A stretch of DNA of 64,000 bases from Nitrospirota bacterium (lineage in GTDB: Bacteria; Nitrospirota; UBA9217), in NCBI GenBank assembly GCA_029858565.1, contig JAOUEV010000004.1:67157-131156 (forward strand), written 5' to 3'. Made by a program: the position numbers and the translations under genes. The notes under the pieces are model-generated. The model searched no databases and had not been told where the DNA came from. It saw only the letters and a list, made by a program, of their open reading frames with translations. This document shows positions 1 to 8,489 of the stretch, one piece after another; the stretch's first letter is position 1, and each line of letters starts with the position of its first letter.

Positions 1-1
1 T

Positions 2-334
2 GGCGGACTCTTCTTTCGTACGAGCTGGCAGGGGGTCTGGAACGAGGACAAGTACGGATATCCGCACAGTCTGGCCTTCTCCCTCTTGCAGCCATTGGAC
101 AGAAACCGCGCTGTATCGTACGAATGGGTGAACAGTTTTCAGACATGGCCGACAAAGGAACTGGACGAGGTTCTCTTCGTTTTCCGGTATCGACAGCGGA
201 TCTGGCGGGACTGGCTCTATCTGGAGATCGCGCCGCAGGAACGGTATCCCCGTGACAGGAGCTTCCATGAGACGCCGGGGATCATGTTCAAACTGGAGAT
301 GATCGTCGGCGATTACCGGTCCTTTATTTTCTAG
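2..334 (+). CDS. Hypothetical protein, 3' end only (possible outer-membrane beta-strand-rich protein)
   Basis: Frame 2 is open from the window edge (GGLFFRTSWQGVWNEDKYGYP...) into ORF 86..334. Alternating hydrophobic pattern (FRYRQRIWRDWLYLEIAP). Confidence 0.6.
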   Translation, partial: GGLFFRTSWQGVWNEDKYGYPHSLAFSLLQPLDRNRAVSYEWVNSFQTWPTKELDEVLFVFRYRQRIWRDWLYLEIAPQERYPRDRSFHETPGIMFKLEMIVGDYRSFIF

Positions 335-349
335 CCATCCTGACCGCGA

Positions 350-1630
350 TCAAAGGGTGATGACGCGGTCGCGGCCCTGCTGCTTTGCCTGGTACAGGGC
401 GTCGTCGGCGCGGATCAGCAGGGAGTTCATCTTGCCGTCGTGTTCTCCCAGGGAGGTGACTCCCGCGCTGATGGTCATCTTGACCTTGTGCGCATGGTTC
501 GCGATTGTTCGTCCCTTGATACGGTCCCGGATGCGCTCGGCAAGGGCTGCTGCGTCGTCAAGCGAGGATCCGGGCGACGCTATGAGGAACTCCTCTCCGC
601 CGATCCTTCCCAACAGGTCATAGGCCCGAAGGCTCTTCTCCATTTCCTGCGCAACTGCTTTCAGCACTTGGTCGCCGAACACGTGGCCGTAGTTGTCGTT
701 CACCCGCTTGAAATGGTCGATATCGAGGATCATCACCGACAGGGGAGTGCCCGCCCGCACCGCGCGCTGGTATTCCTTTTCCAGCTGTTCCATGATGAAA
801 CGCCGGTTCCTGAGACCGGTCAGCTCATCGGTGACCGCGAGCAGCTTGAGGCGTCGCTGCACTTCATCGAGTTTCACGAAGAGCTTCCAGGTCAGAAAGT
901 ACAGGATCGCCAGGAGCAGGCCGACGGCTATCAGAAAATCCATGACCTTTTGCGTTGCGTTCCTGCGCATCTGCTGCAGCAGGTCTGACGCGGGGATCAT
1001 GATGCTCACGGCGCCGCGGATGTCGCCTTCTTTGTAGCCCTGCTTCGCATGGCATTGCAGACAGGGCTTTTCCACCTTCAGGGGATGGATGAACCGGAAG
1101 AGCGGGTCCGGCCTGTCACGGTCGATCGCCCAATGGCTAGACGAGCCTCGTTCGAATTGGAGCAGAGCGTCGTATTCAAAAGCATCGGGTTTATTGTCCG
1201 GATTCAGCGGTTTCATGCTGATCATGTGGAACCGGACCAGGTCTCCACTCGAAGTGATCTCAGATATCTCCCGCGTCATGATCGCAGGATTCTTGAGCGT
1301 CAGGACCCGTCCGTCGGACGTGCGGATGTCAGGTTCGTTCCCTGCGTCCCGGAGATGGGGGGTGGGCCGGTCGACCGGTTTTTTTACCACGTATACGCCG
1401 CCATAGGCCGCGTTCCAGTGGCGGGCGATGATAATGAGATTGGCAAAGGATTCGGCCTCGTGGCGCATGGTCTGGACAAGCAGGTGGTTGACGGTACGGT
1501 AGCGGTTGAAGGAGATGAACGCGAGGACGAGGATCACAGCAAAACTGATGCTGATAAAGAATACCCGGGCATCCTTGTAGGATCGGAACAGCTTAGGCCA
1601 TGTTGATAAAGGCATAGGTCTTCCGGTCAT
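350..1630 (-). CDS. Diguanylate cyclase with periplasmic c-heme (DUF3365/Tll0287-like) sensor domain
   Basis: Two TM segments flank a periplasmic domain with CLQCH. C-terminal DIDHFK..ND.YGH..GD, RAYD I-site and GGEEF active site. Confidence 0.9.
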   Translation of the reverse strand: MTGRPMPLSTWPKLFRSYKDARVFFISISFAVILVLAFISFNRYRTVNHLLVQTMRHEAESFANLIIIARHWNAAYGGVYVVKKPVDRPTPHLRDAGNEPDIRTSDGRVLTLKNPAIMTREISEITSSGDLVRFHMISMKPLNPDNKPDAFEYDALLQFERGSSSHWAIDRDRPDPLFRFIHPLKVEKPCLQCHAKQGYKEGDIRGAVSIMIPASDLLQQMRRNATQKVMDFLIAVGLLLAILYFLTWKLFVKLDEVQRRLKLLAVTDELTGLRNRRFIMEQLEKEYQRAVRAGTPLSVMILDIDHFKRVNDNYGHVFGDQVLKAVAQEMEKSLRAYDLLGRIGGEEFLIASPGSSLDDAAALAERIRDRIKGRTIANHAHKVKMTISAGVTSLGEHDGKMNSLLIRADDALYQAKQQGRDRVITL

Positions 1631-1727
1631 CGCCTCCGGTCATAAGTGAGATCGGCCGGGGAGGGCTCAGGGGCTGTTCAGCACAACGGATAAAGCGCCT
1701 GCCCGCCTTCATATCAATTGTAGCACA

Positions 1728-2360
1728 TTATTCTTTGGTGTCGGAGCGGCCGGCAAGAAGGCGGACGCCGGCGAGAAAGTGGTCGCGGTCACCTTCGTCG
1801 TGCAGGGCAAGGACCTCCCGCCGCAGGTCGAGGAAACGGGAGTGCCCCTGGCGTCGGGTTTCATCGATGCTGGACCAATCCCGCTTTTCCCGGAAGAGCG
1901 CAGCGGCATCCCGTATTCCCGAGAAGAGCAGCCTTCGGTATCCTTCCTGGAGGCCGGTGTAGAGGGCCAGTGCGCCGGCGTCCCTTGAATTGACGATGTA
2001 GGTCAGGGGGCCGCTGTCCGATGTATCGGCAATGAGGTCCTGAACTGCGCGCAGGAAGTGTTCCGCGCCCCGGTCGTCAACTTTGGCAATGATATCCTTC
2101 CAGGTCAGCATGGACTCGCGCGATTCAGCCAGTTCATGCCTCAGCGTCTGAGTTTTCAACTCGGGCCAGCGCGCCTCCTTGGCGGAGATCCAGAGACTGA
2201 TATCGCCGCGGCGTACCGGCGACCAGGGATCAAGACCCTGCTCGGCACGATAGAGGTCACGGTATCGCATCAGCAGCCCGCAGATGGAGAAATATCCCCA
2301 AAAATGAGCGTCGGAAATATCGCAGTTGTTCTTTACATCCTGAAGAAAGGTGACTTCCAT
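1728..2360 (-). CDS. Sfum_1244-family-like protein of unknown function (short form)
   Basis: N-terminal motif NCDISDA..WGYFSICGLLMRYRDLYR.E.GL.PW plus later RAVQDLIAD. Family recognised from memory only. Confidence 0.6.
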   Translation of the reverse strand: MEVTFLQDVKNNCDISDAHFWGYFSICGLLMRYRDLYRAEQGLDPWSPVRRGDISLWISAKEARWPELKTQTLRHELAESRESMLTWKDIIAKVDDRGAEHFLRAVQDLIADTSDSGPLTYIVNSRDAGALALYTGLQEGYRRLLFSGIRDAAALFREKRDWSSIDETRRQGHSRFLDLRREVLALHDEGDRDHFLAGVRLLAGRSDTKE

Positions 2361-2541
2361 TGATTTGGGTCGGGGATGAGCTTGTATCAGGCAGTTGTAT
2401 TATTCCCCAAGAATGAGAAAAAGTAAACTGGAATCACTGCAGACCTGAATAGGTAGGCCTGAAGGATGGATCAGCGGGGCGTAGCCTGTGAATATGGAAG
2501 TTCTGAGGTTGAATGATCCGGGCCCGGATTAGGCAACTGGT

Positions 2542-2574
2542 AAAAAAAGAGGACAGCCAGTCGGCTGTCCTCTT
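2542..2574 (-). terminator. Rho-independent terminator of norCB
   Basis: Stem AGAGGACAGCC/GGCTGTCCTCT with an A7 run on + (U-tract on the - strand), just downstream of the norB stop. Confidence 0.85.
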
Positions 2575-2601
2575 GGAGTTCATGCGCTGTTGCCGCACCG
2601 G

Positions 2602-3975
2602 CTATGTTTTCTGCAATCCCTGGTCTTTGCCGAGCCGGAAGTAGTCATACACGAAGATCAGCGTGCCGACCAGGAAACCGACTCCGAATATGGCGCGGAT
2701 GATCCAGAACCAGAGGTTGTAGTTCGCCTTGACCGCCACGTAGTCGAGGCCCATAAGGCGCTCCATGTAGACCTGGACCATGCCCGCGCCGGTGATGGTG
2801 AGCACGATGAATACCATGGAAATGGTCATCCACCAGAAGGCCTGGTAGGCCCGTGAAGTTTTGAATTCCTTCACGCCGCGCATCGACGGCAGGGTCACGT
2901 AGATCATGGCCATGATCAGCAGCACATAGGCGCCGTAGAAGGCCAGGTGGCCGTGGGCCGTGGTGATCTGCGTGCCGTGGGTCCACTGGTTCACCTGCGG
3001 CAGCGTGTGGATCACGCCCCAGAGGCCCGCTCCCACGAAATTGAAGATGGCGTGGGCCACGGTGTAGAAGAGACCGACCTTGTTCGTCACATTGCGCGCC
3101 TCTCTGGTGGTCCGGAAAGCGTCCCACACCATGAGGAGCAGCGGCACCGGTTCGAGGGAACTGAAGAAGCCGCCCACCCACCACCAGTACTTGGGCGTGC
3201 CGATGAAGTAGTAATGATGGCCCGTGCCGAGTATGCCGGTGAAGAGCACCAGGCCGACTTCGATGTACATCCATTTTTCGAGCACTTCACGCTTCGCGCC
3301 GATGGTCTTCATCAGCATGAAGGCGAGCAGCGCGCCGGCGATCACTTCCCAGGAGCCTTCCACCCAGAGGTGGATCACCCACCACCACCAGAACTGGTCC
3401 TTCACCATGTTCTTGGAGTAGAACATGCCGGGAAGATACATGAGCGCCAGGAACACGAGGCCCGTAAGCAGCACCCCCTGAATGGCCGTCCATTTTTTTG
3501 TCTTCAGCATGGTCATGAACATGTTGAAGAGGAAGAGCAGGACCGAGACCACGATCAGCACGTCGGCCCAGCGGGGCGCTTCAATGTACTCGCGGCCTTC
3601 GTTCAGCACCAGGGTGCCGAGAACGGAAATGTTCGCCTGGGGGAAGATGCCCATCACAATGTAGCCGACCACCACGGCGGTCACGGCCACGACGGTCGCC
3701 CAGAACTGGAACAGGGCAATGGGATAGTTCCAGAGCTCGGTCTCCGATTCCTCGGGCACCACGTAATAGGTGGCTCCCATGAGTCCGGCGAGCAGCCAGA
3801 CCACCAGGGCGTTGATATGGAGCGTCCGGATGGTTGCGAAGCTCAGAATGGCTATGTCGGGTTTGAGGAACTGGATCGCGGCGACAAGGCCCACCAGCAC
3901 CTGCACCGCGAACAGGATGATCGCGAAGGTATAGAAATATTGCGCTATCTTTTGACTTTGATACTTTATGGTCAT
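2602..3975 (-). CDS. norB: Cytochrome c-dependent nitric oxide reductase large subunit (heme-copper oxidase superfamily)
   Basis: Polytopic membrane protein with LHIN, HLWVEGSWE, GTGHHYY, SSLEP, HGHLAFYGAY and GREYIE motifs. Adjacent to a NorC-like gene. Confidence 0.93.
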   Translation of the reverse strand: MTIKYQSQKIAQYFYTFAIILFAVQVLVGLVAAIQFLKPDIAILSFATIRTLHINALVVWLLAGLMGATYYVVPEESETELWNYPIALFQFWATVVAVTAVVVGYIVMGIFPQANISVLGTLVLNEGREYIEAPRWADVLIVVSVLLFLFNMFMTMLKTKKWTAIQGVLLTGLVFLALMYLPGMFYSKNMVKDQFWWWWVIHLWVEGSWEVIAGALLAFMLMKTIGAKREVLEKWMYIEVGLVLFTGILGTGHHYYFIGTPKYWWWVGGFFSSLEPVPLLLMVWDAFRTTREARNVTNKVGLFYTVAHAIFNFVGAGLWGVIHTLPQVNQWTHGTQITTAHGHLAFYGAYVLLIMAMIYVTLPSMRGVKEFKTSRAYQAFWWMTISMVFIVLTITGAGMVQVYMERLMGLDYVAVKANYNLWFWIIRAIFGVGFLVGTLIFVYDYFRLGKDQGLQKT

Positions 3976-3987
3976 GGCATCGCCTCC

Positions 3988-4665
3988 TTATTTTAACGAA
4001 ACGAGATATGCCGCCAGTTCCTTCAGGTCACTGTCTGACAGCGAGGGATAGGGGGGCATTGCGGAACCGGGCACGAGGGAATTCGGGTCTTTCAGGTGTT
4101 TCATATGCCATTCCGCATCCTTGCCGGCTGCGCCGACTTTCGTAAGGTCGGGGCCCGATGTGCCACCGATGCCGTTGATGCTGTGGCAGTTCGAGCAGCC
4201 CTGGGATTGGTAGACCTGCTGGCCCCGTGTCTGCTGCGCTCCGCCGACGCCGGCTGCCTGGGCCAGGATCGGTTTCGGCGGCCAGCCGTTCGTGTCGATC
4301 TTGGAGATCCAGGTCAGGAACGCGATCATGTCATCGGCTTCCTTGCTGCTCAGCCCGAGCTTCGGCATGGTGGCGTTCTTGTTCGTGGATTTGGGGTCCA
4401 TCAGGAACTTCTTGAGATAGCCGGCCGGCTTCTTTTCGACCACCTTGGTCATGTCCGGGGCGAAGTAGGATCCGTTCCCCAGGATGGTATGGCACCCGAT
4501 GCAGTCGTACTTGTGCCAGACCTGCTTGCCGTCGTCAACTTCTTTCGTGACCTCCGGGGCCCGTCCATCGATCTGCTTCATCGTATCGAACGTGAGGCCC
4601 AGGAAGATCACGAAGAAGAAGAGACTGCCGAAAATAAAGAGATTCCGTGCTGCTTTGTTGCTCAT
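3988..4665 (-). CDS. norC: Nitric oxide reductase small subunit with an extra C-terminal cytochrome c domain
   Basis: Start reassigned to MSNKAARN (AGGAGGAGG RBS upstream). N-terminal TM anchor, CIGCHT..GNGSYFAPD, then a second heme motif CSNCH...MP. Confidence 0.88.
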   Translation of the reverse strand: MSNKAARNLFIFGSLFFFVIFLGLTFDTMKQIDGRAPEVTKEVDDGKQVWHKYDCIGCHTILGNGSYFAPDMTKVVEKKPAGYLKKFLMDPKSTNKNATMPKLGLSSKEADDMIAFLTWISKIDTNGWPPKPILAQAAGVGGAQQTRGQQVYQSQGCSNCHSINGIGGTSGPDLTKVGAAGKDAEWHMKHLKDPNSLVPGSAMPPYPSLSDSDLKELAAYLVSLK

Positions 4666-4744
4666 AAACGCCTCCTCCTGTGTCGTGAGATTTTCTTCCC
4701 TGTTAACAACGTGGTCGCACAATAGGGCAAAGTGTGCTCGTTTT

Positions 4745-4762
4745 GTATGATTTATGTCATAC
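4745..4762. promoter_or_regulatory. Putative CRP/FNR-family (DNR/HcpR-type) operator upstream of norC
   Basis: Perfect inverted repeat GTATGA-N6-TCATAC (TGA-N6-TCA core) about 80 bp upstream of the norC start. Confidence 0.6.
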
Positions 4763-4973
4763 CTGTTGAAATTAAACGTGAATGTTCATGGCTGGCATTT
4801 AAGATGTAATATAGCAGAAATGTCCGTGCGTTTCCGATCATGACCAGGTAATCTTTCCTCGATTACCCGTGCCCGTGAAAAGGACGGCGCCAGCCTTGGT
4901 GCTCATTGAGCGTAGTGGTGCTGCGAGTGCCGGGCAGAGGGATCGCCGGGAACGCGGAAACAAGAGTTTTTCC

Positions 4974-5003
4974 TTGACTCACCGTCTGCCAAAAACGTAT
5001 TAT
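4974..5003 (+). promoter_or_regulatory. Putative sigma70 promoter of the ccsA-hem operon
   Basis: TTGACT-N18-TATTAT, 60 bp upstream of the ccsA start. Confidence 0.5.
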
Positions 5004-5063
5004 TTACGCTCGCACTTCACCAGGCCGCTCGTTCAACCTTGCGTCCAGCGGAGCTAAGTCCTT

Positions 5064-5876
5064 ATGAACATACTGTTTTTCTACGCCTCCATCGCGGTCT
5101 ATGTTCTCGCGGCAGCCGGGTATGTTGCTCATTTCCTTAAGCCCGATCGCAAGGGACTGGCCGGTCTCTCCCTTTTCACGTCTTTTGTCGGGTTCAGTCT
5201 CCATTTCATTTATTTCGCTGTGCGCTGGTCCGAATCAGGAAGGATCCCGGTCACCAATTTTTTCGAGGCCATCAACGCGCTGGGTCTTGGCATCATGATG
5301 GTTTTCGTCATCATGGAGCTGCGCTATAAGGTCCCGGCGCTCGGATCGTTCATGCTGCCGCTGGTCATTATACTCATGCTGCCTGCCATGCTCGTGTCGG
5401 GACGGATCGAGGACCTGAAGCCCATCCTGAAAAGCGGGTGGCTTGGCGTCCATACCAGTCTTGCCGTGCTCGGGGACGCAGCGTTCGCTTTTGCCTGCAT
5501 TGTCTCTATCATGTATCTCATCCAGGAGCGTCAGCTCAAGAGCAAACATCTTGGCGCGATCTTTCACCGTATGCCGTCTCTGGACATCATGGATACGATC
5601 AGCTATAAGGCCCTGACCCTGGGCTGGCCTTTGTACACGCTGGGGATGATCACCGGCTCCATATGGGCGAACAGCGCCTGGGGGACCTACTGGAGCTGGG
5701 ACGTGAAGGAGACCTGGTCGCTCATTGTCTGGCTTATCTATCTCGTACTGCTGCACCTCCGAACCCTGGGGTGGCGGGGACGAAAGATGGCCTATCTTTC
5801 CCTTGCGGGCTTCCTGTTCGTCATGATCAGTTTTTTTGTTGTCAGCCGCATGGGAGTGGGGAAGCACAGCTTTTAA
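5064..5876 (+). CDS. ccsA: Cytochrome c biogenesis protein CcsA/ResC (HemX-like), system II
   Basis: Membrane protein with WWD motif WANSAWGTYWSWDVKETW and conserved His residues. Directly upstream of hemA. Confidence 0.88.
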   Translation: MNILFFYASIAVYVLAAAGYVAHFLKPDRKGLAGLSLFTSFVGFSLHFIYFAVRWSESGRIPVTNFFEAINALGLGIMMVFVIMELRYKVPALGSFMLPLVIILMLPAMLVSGRIEDLKPILKSGWLGVHTSLAVLGDAAFAFACIVSIMYLIQERQLKSKHLGAIFHRMPSLDIMDTISYKALTLGWPLYTLGMITGSIWANSAWGTYWSWDVKETWSLIVWLIYLVLLHLRTLGWRGRKMAYLSLAGFLFVMISFFVVSRMGVGKHSF

Positions 5877-5885
5877 GGTGAAGGT

Positions 5886-7220
5886 ATGAGCATCGTCGTC
5901 GTAGGCTTAAGCCATAAAACAGCGCCGGTCGAGGTCCGGGAGAAGCTTTCGTTTCCCGAGGCAACGGTCGCAGACGCGCTCAAGAAGCTCATGACCTATG
6001 AAGGGATCAGGGAGTGCCTTATTCTGTCGACCTGCAACCGCGTGGAGATCTATACGGTGGTCGAGGAGAGCGTTAAAGGCACCGAATCGATCAAGCAATT
6101 CATATCCGAATACCACAACCTGTCACGCGAAGCTTTGGAAAAGTCCCTCTACATCTACCCGGAGTCCCAGGGCGTCCGGCATACCTTCCGCGTTGCATCG
6201 AGTCTTGATTCCCTGGTGGTGGGCGAACCGCAGATCCTCGGCCAGCTCAAGGATGCCTTCGACTTCGCGTTGAAGGCGAAAACGACCAGCACGGTCATGA
6301 ACAAGCTGCTCAAGAAGGCGATCCAGGTGGCCAAGCGCGTTCGCACAGAGACCCGGCTCGCAGAGGGCGCGGTGAACATCAGCTTTGCCGCGGTGGAACT
6401 GGCGCGGAAGATCTTCGGCACCCTGGACGAGAAGACCGTCATGCTCCTGGGAGCGGGCGAAATGGCCGAGCTCGCGGCGCGGCACCTGCTGAACAACGGC
6501 GTCAAGACCATCATGGTCGCGAACCGCACCTTTGAACGGGCGGTGGAACTGGCAAACGAGTTCAAGGGCAGCGCCGTGCGCTTCGAGGATTTTCCCGCAG
6601 AGCTGGTGATGGCCGATATCCTGATCTGCTCCACCGGCGCCCCCAACTATGTAGTGAAGCCAGAGATGGTCCATAAGGTCATGAAGGAGCGGCGCCACAA
6701 GCCGATATTCATGATCGACATTTCGGTGCCGCGGAACATCGATCCTGCGACGGACAAGGAAGACAATGTCTACCTCTACAATGTCGATGATCTGCAGGGC
6801 GTGGTCGAGACGAACGTGCAGGGACGCCAGCAGGAAGCGGAAAAGGCCGAGGACATCGTACGGCAGGAAGTGGAGACCTATCTTCAGTGGGAACGCTCCC
6901 TGGACGCCGTGCCGACCATCGTGGACCTGCGCGAGAAGATCGAGGATATGCGCAAGCGCGAGCTCGACAAGACCTTGTGTCAGATGAACGGCATTTCCGA
7001 AGACCAGCGCCGGGCCATGGACATCATGTCCCAGGCTATCGTGAACAAGATCCTGCACGCGCCGCTGGTGGTGCTCAAACAGGCGGCGGCGAATCCCGAG
7101 GGCGGCGATGTGATCAGCATCGCCCGCAAGATATTCAACCTGGACCGGGAACTGAAGAAGCCTTCTCATGTGCATGAGAAGGGTTTTGGCAGCGGAACAA
7201 CAGTTGAAGAGAAAAAATAG
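5886..7220 (+). CDS. hemA: Glutamyl-tRNA reductase
   Basis: GLSHKTAPVEVRE, STCNRVE, SLDSLVVGEPQILGQ, GAGEM. Confidence 0.97.
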   Translation: MSIVVVGLSHKTAPVEVREKLSFPEATVADALKKLMTYEGIRECLILSTCNRVEIYTVVEESVKGTESIKQFISEYHNLSREALEKSLYIYPESQGVRHTFRVASSLDSLVVGEPQILGQLKDAFDFALKAKTTSTVMNKLLKKAIQVAKRVRTETRLAEGAVNISFAAVELARKIFGTLDEKTVMLLGAGEMAELAARHLLNNGVKTIMVANRTFERAVELANEFKGSAVRFEDFPAELVMADILICSTGAPNYVVKPEMVHKVMKERRHKPIFMIDISVPRNIDPATDKEDNVYLYNVDDLQGVVETNVQGRQQEAEKAEDIVRQEVETYLQWERSLDAVPTIVDLREKIEDMRKRELDKTLCQMNGISEDQRRAMDIMSQAIVNKILHAPLVVLKQAAANPEGGDVISIARKIFNLDRELKKPSHVHEKGFGSGTTVEEKK

Positions 7221-7239
7221 TTTGCCACGGATCTACCAA

Positions 7240-7310
7240 TTGCGGATTGCGGATTGCGGATTGCGGATTCTAAGGTGGGCTTTCCCCCTTACCCCTTACG
7301 CCTTACGCCT
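7240..7310. repeat. Heptamer tandem repeats between hemA and hemC
   Basis: (TTGCGGA)x4 exact at 7240-7267, then C(C/G)CCTTA x3 plus a partial copy at 7285-7310. Confidence 0.9.
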
Positions 7311-7336
7311 CTCGCTGATATCGTAAGGAGCTTTCA

Positions 7337-8299
7337 TTGAGAAAAGAGATCAGGATAGGAACGCGCGCGAGCGCGCTGGCATTATGGCAGGCGGAATGGG
7401 TCAAGTCCGAGCTCGAGAAGAAGTATCCCGGGCTGATGGTCTCGCTTACCAAGATCAAGACCACGGGAGACAAGATACTCGACGTGCCGCTCTCCAAGGT
7501 CGGCGGTAAAGGCCTTTTTGTGAAGGAGATCGAGGAGGCCATGCTCCGGCAGGAGATCGACATCGCCGTGCACAGCATGAAGGACGTTCCCACATTCTTT
7601 CCCGACGGCCTGCACCTTTCGTGCATCACCGAGCGCGAGGACGCGCGCGATGCGCTTTTGTCGCGCAATAAAGTTGCGTTCAAGGACCTGCCGAAGGGCG
7701 CCAGGATCGGGACCAGCAGTCTTCGCCGGCAATCCCAGCTCATGAACATCCGGCCTGATTTCGTGATCGAACAGCTTCGCGGCAATGTGGACACGAGGCT
7801 GCGGAAGCTGAAGGAAGGACAGTACGACGCCATCATCCTTGCGGCCGCGGGCGTGCGGCGGCTCGGACTCGCGGACAACGTGACCGAGTATATCGATCCC
7901 GAGATCAGCCTGCCGGCCATCGGCCAGGGCGCCCTCGGCATCGAGTGCCGGGTGGACGACCGCGAACTGAACGACATGATCTCGTTCTTCAACCATTCGG
8001 ACACCCGGGTCTGCGTGACCGGCGAACGGGCACTTCTCCGTCGTCTGGAAGGCGGCTGCCAGGTGCCGATCGCCTGCTACGGCCGCATCAAGAACAACAA
8101 CCTCTCGCTCGAAGGACTTGTGGCGAGCGTGGATGGAAAGCGGATCATCAAGGAGACCATCGAAGGCGCGCAGGCTGATGCGGAAAAGCTCGGCGTGACT
8201 CTGGCCGAGAACCTGCTGAAGCGGGGGGCTGATGTGATCCTGCGCGAGGTCTACGGACAGAACCCTGATTATAGCGGCGATAAACTGCTGGAAGGATGA
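7337..8299 (+). CDS. hemC: Hydroxymethylbilane synthase (porphobilinogen deaminase)
   Basis: IGTRAS.LALWQ, GKGLFVKEIE, AVHSMKDVP, GTSSLRR, LEGGCQVP. TTG start with AAGGAG RBS. Confidence 0.97.
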   Translation: MRKEIRIGTRASALALWQAEWVKSELEKKYPGLMVSLTKIKTTGDKILDVPLSKVGGKGLFVKEIEEAMLRQEIDIAVHSMKDVPTFFPDGLHLSCITEREDARDALLSRNKVAFKDLPKGARIGTSSLRRQSQLMNIRPDFVIEQLRGNVDTRLRKLKEGQYDAIILAAAGVRRLGLADNVTEYIDPEISLPAIGQGALGIECRVDDRELNDMISFFNHSDTRVCVTGERALLRRLEGGCQVPIACYGRIKNNNLSLEGLVASVDGKRIIKETIEGAQADAEKLGVTLAENLLKRGADVILREVYGQNPDYSGDKLLEG

Positions 8300-8305
8300 A
8301 TTTGC

Positions 8306-8478
8306 ACCACGGAGGCACGGAGACACGGAGAAAGCATTGAATGCTGCATGACGCTGAATTTCTCTGAATCGAACGATTGACGGTCGGTTAGACTAAGTTC
8401 ATCATTCATATTCTGTCATTCATCTGCACTGAATCAATTCCTGTCTTGTTTTCCTCAGTGTCTCCGTGACTCCGTGGT
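8306..8478. repeat. Intergenic inverted-repeat element with octamer-periodic arms
   Basis: Left arm ACCACGGAGGCACGGAGACACGGAG (8306-8330) matches the reverse complement of right arm 8454-8478 at 23/25 positions. Confidence 0.9.
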
Positions 8479-8489
8479 AAAAGAATACT

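Noticed and set aside
2947-3996. Long antisense ORFs (e.g. 2947-3996, 6123-7175, 41433-42689, 52258-53460)
   Set aside because: They are shadows of well-supported genes on the opposite strand, expected with GC-rich codon usage, and carry no motifs.
7240-7310. Tandem repeats as a CRISPR array
   Set aside because: Units are 7 nt with no spacers, and there are no cas genes in the window.
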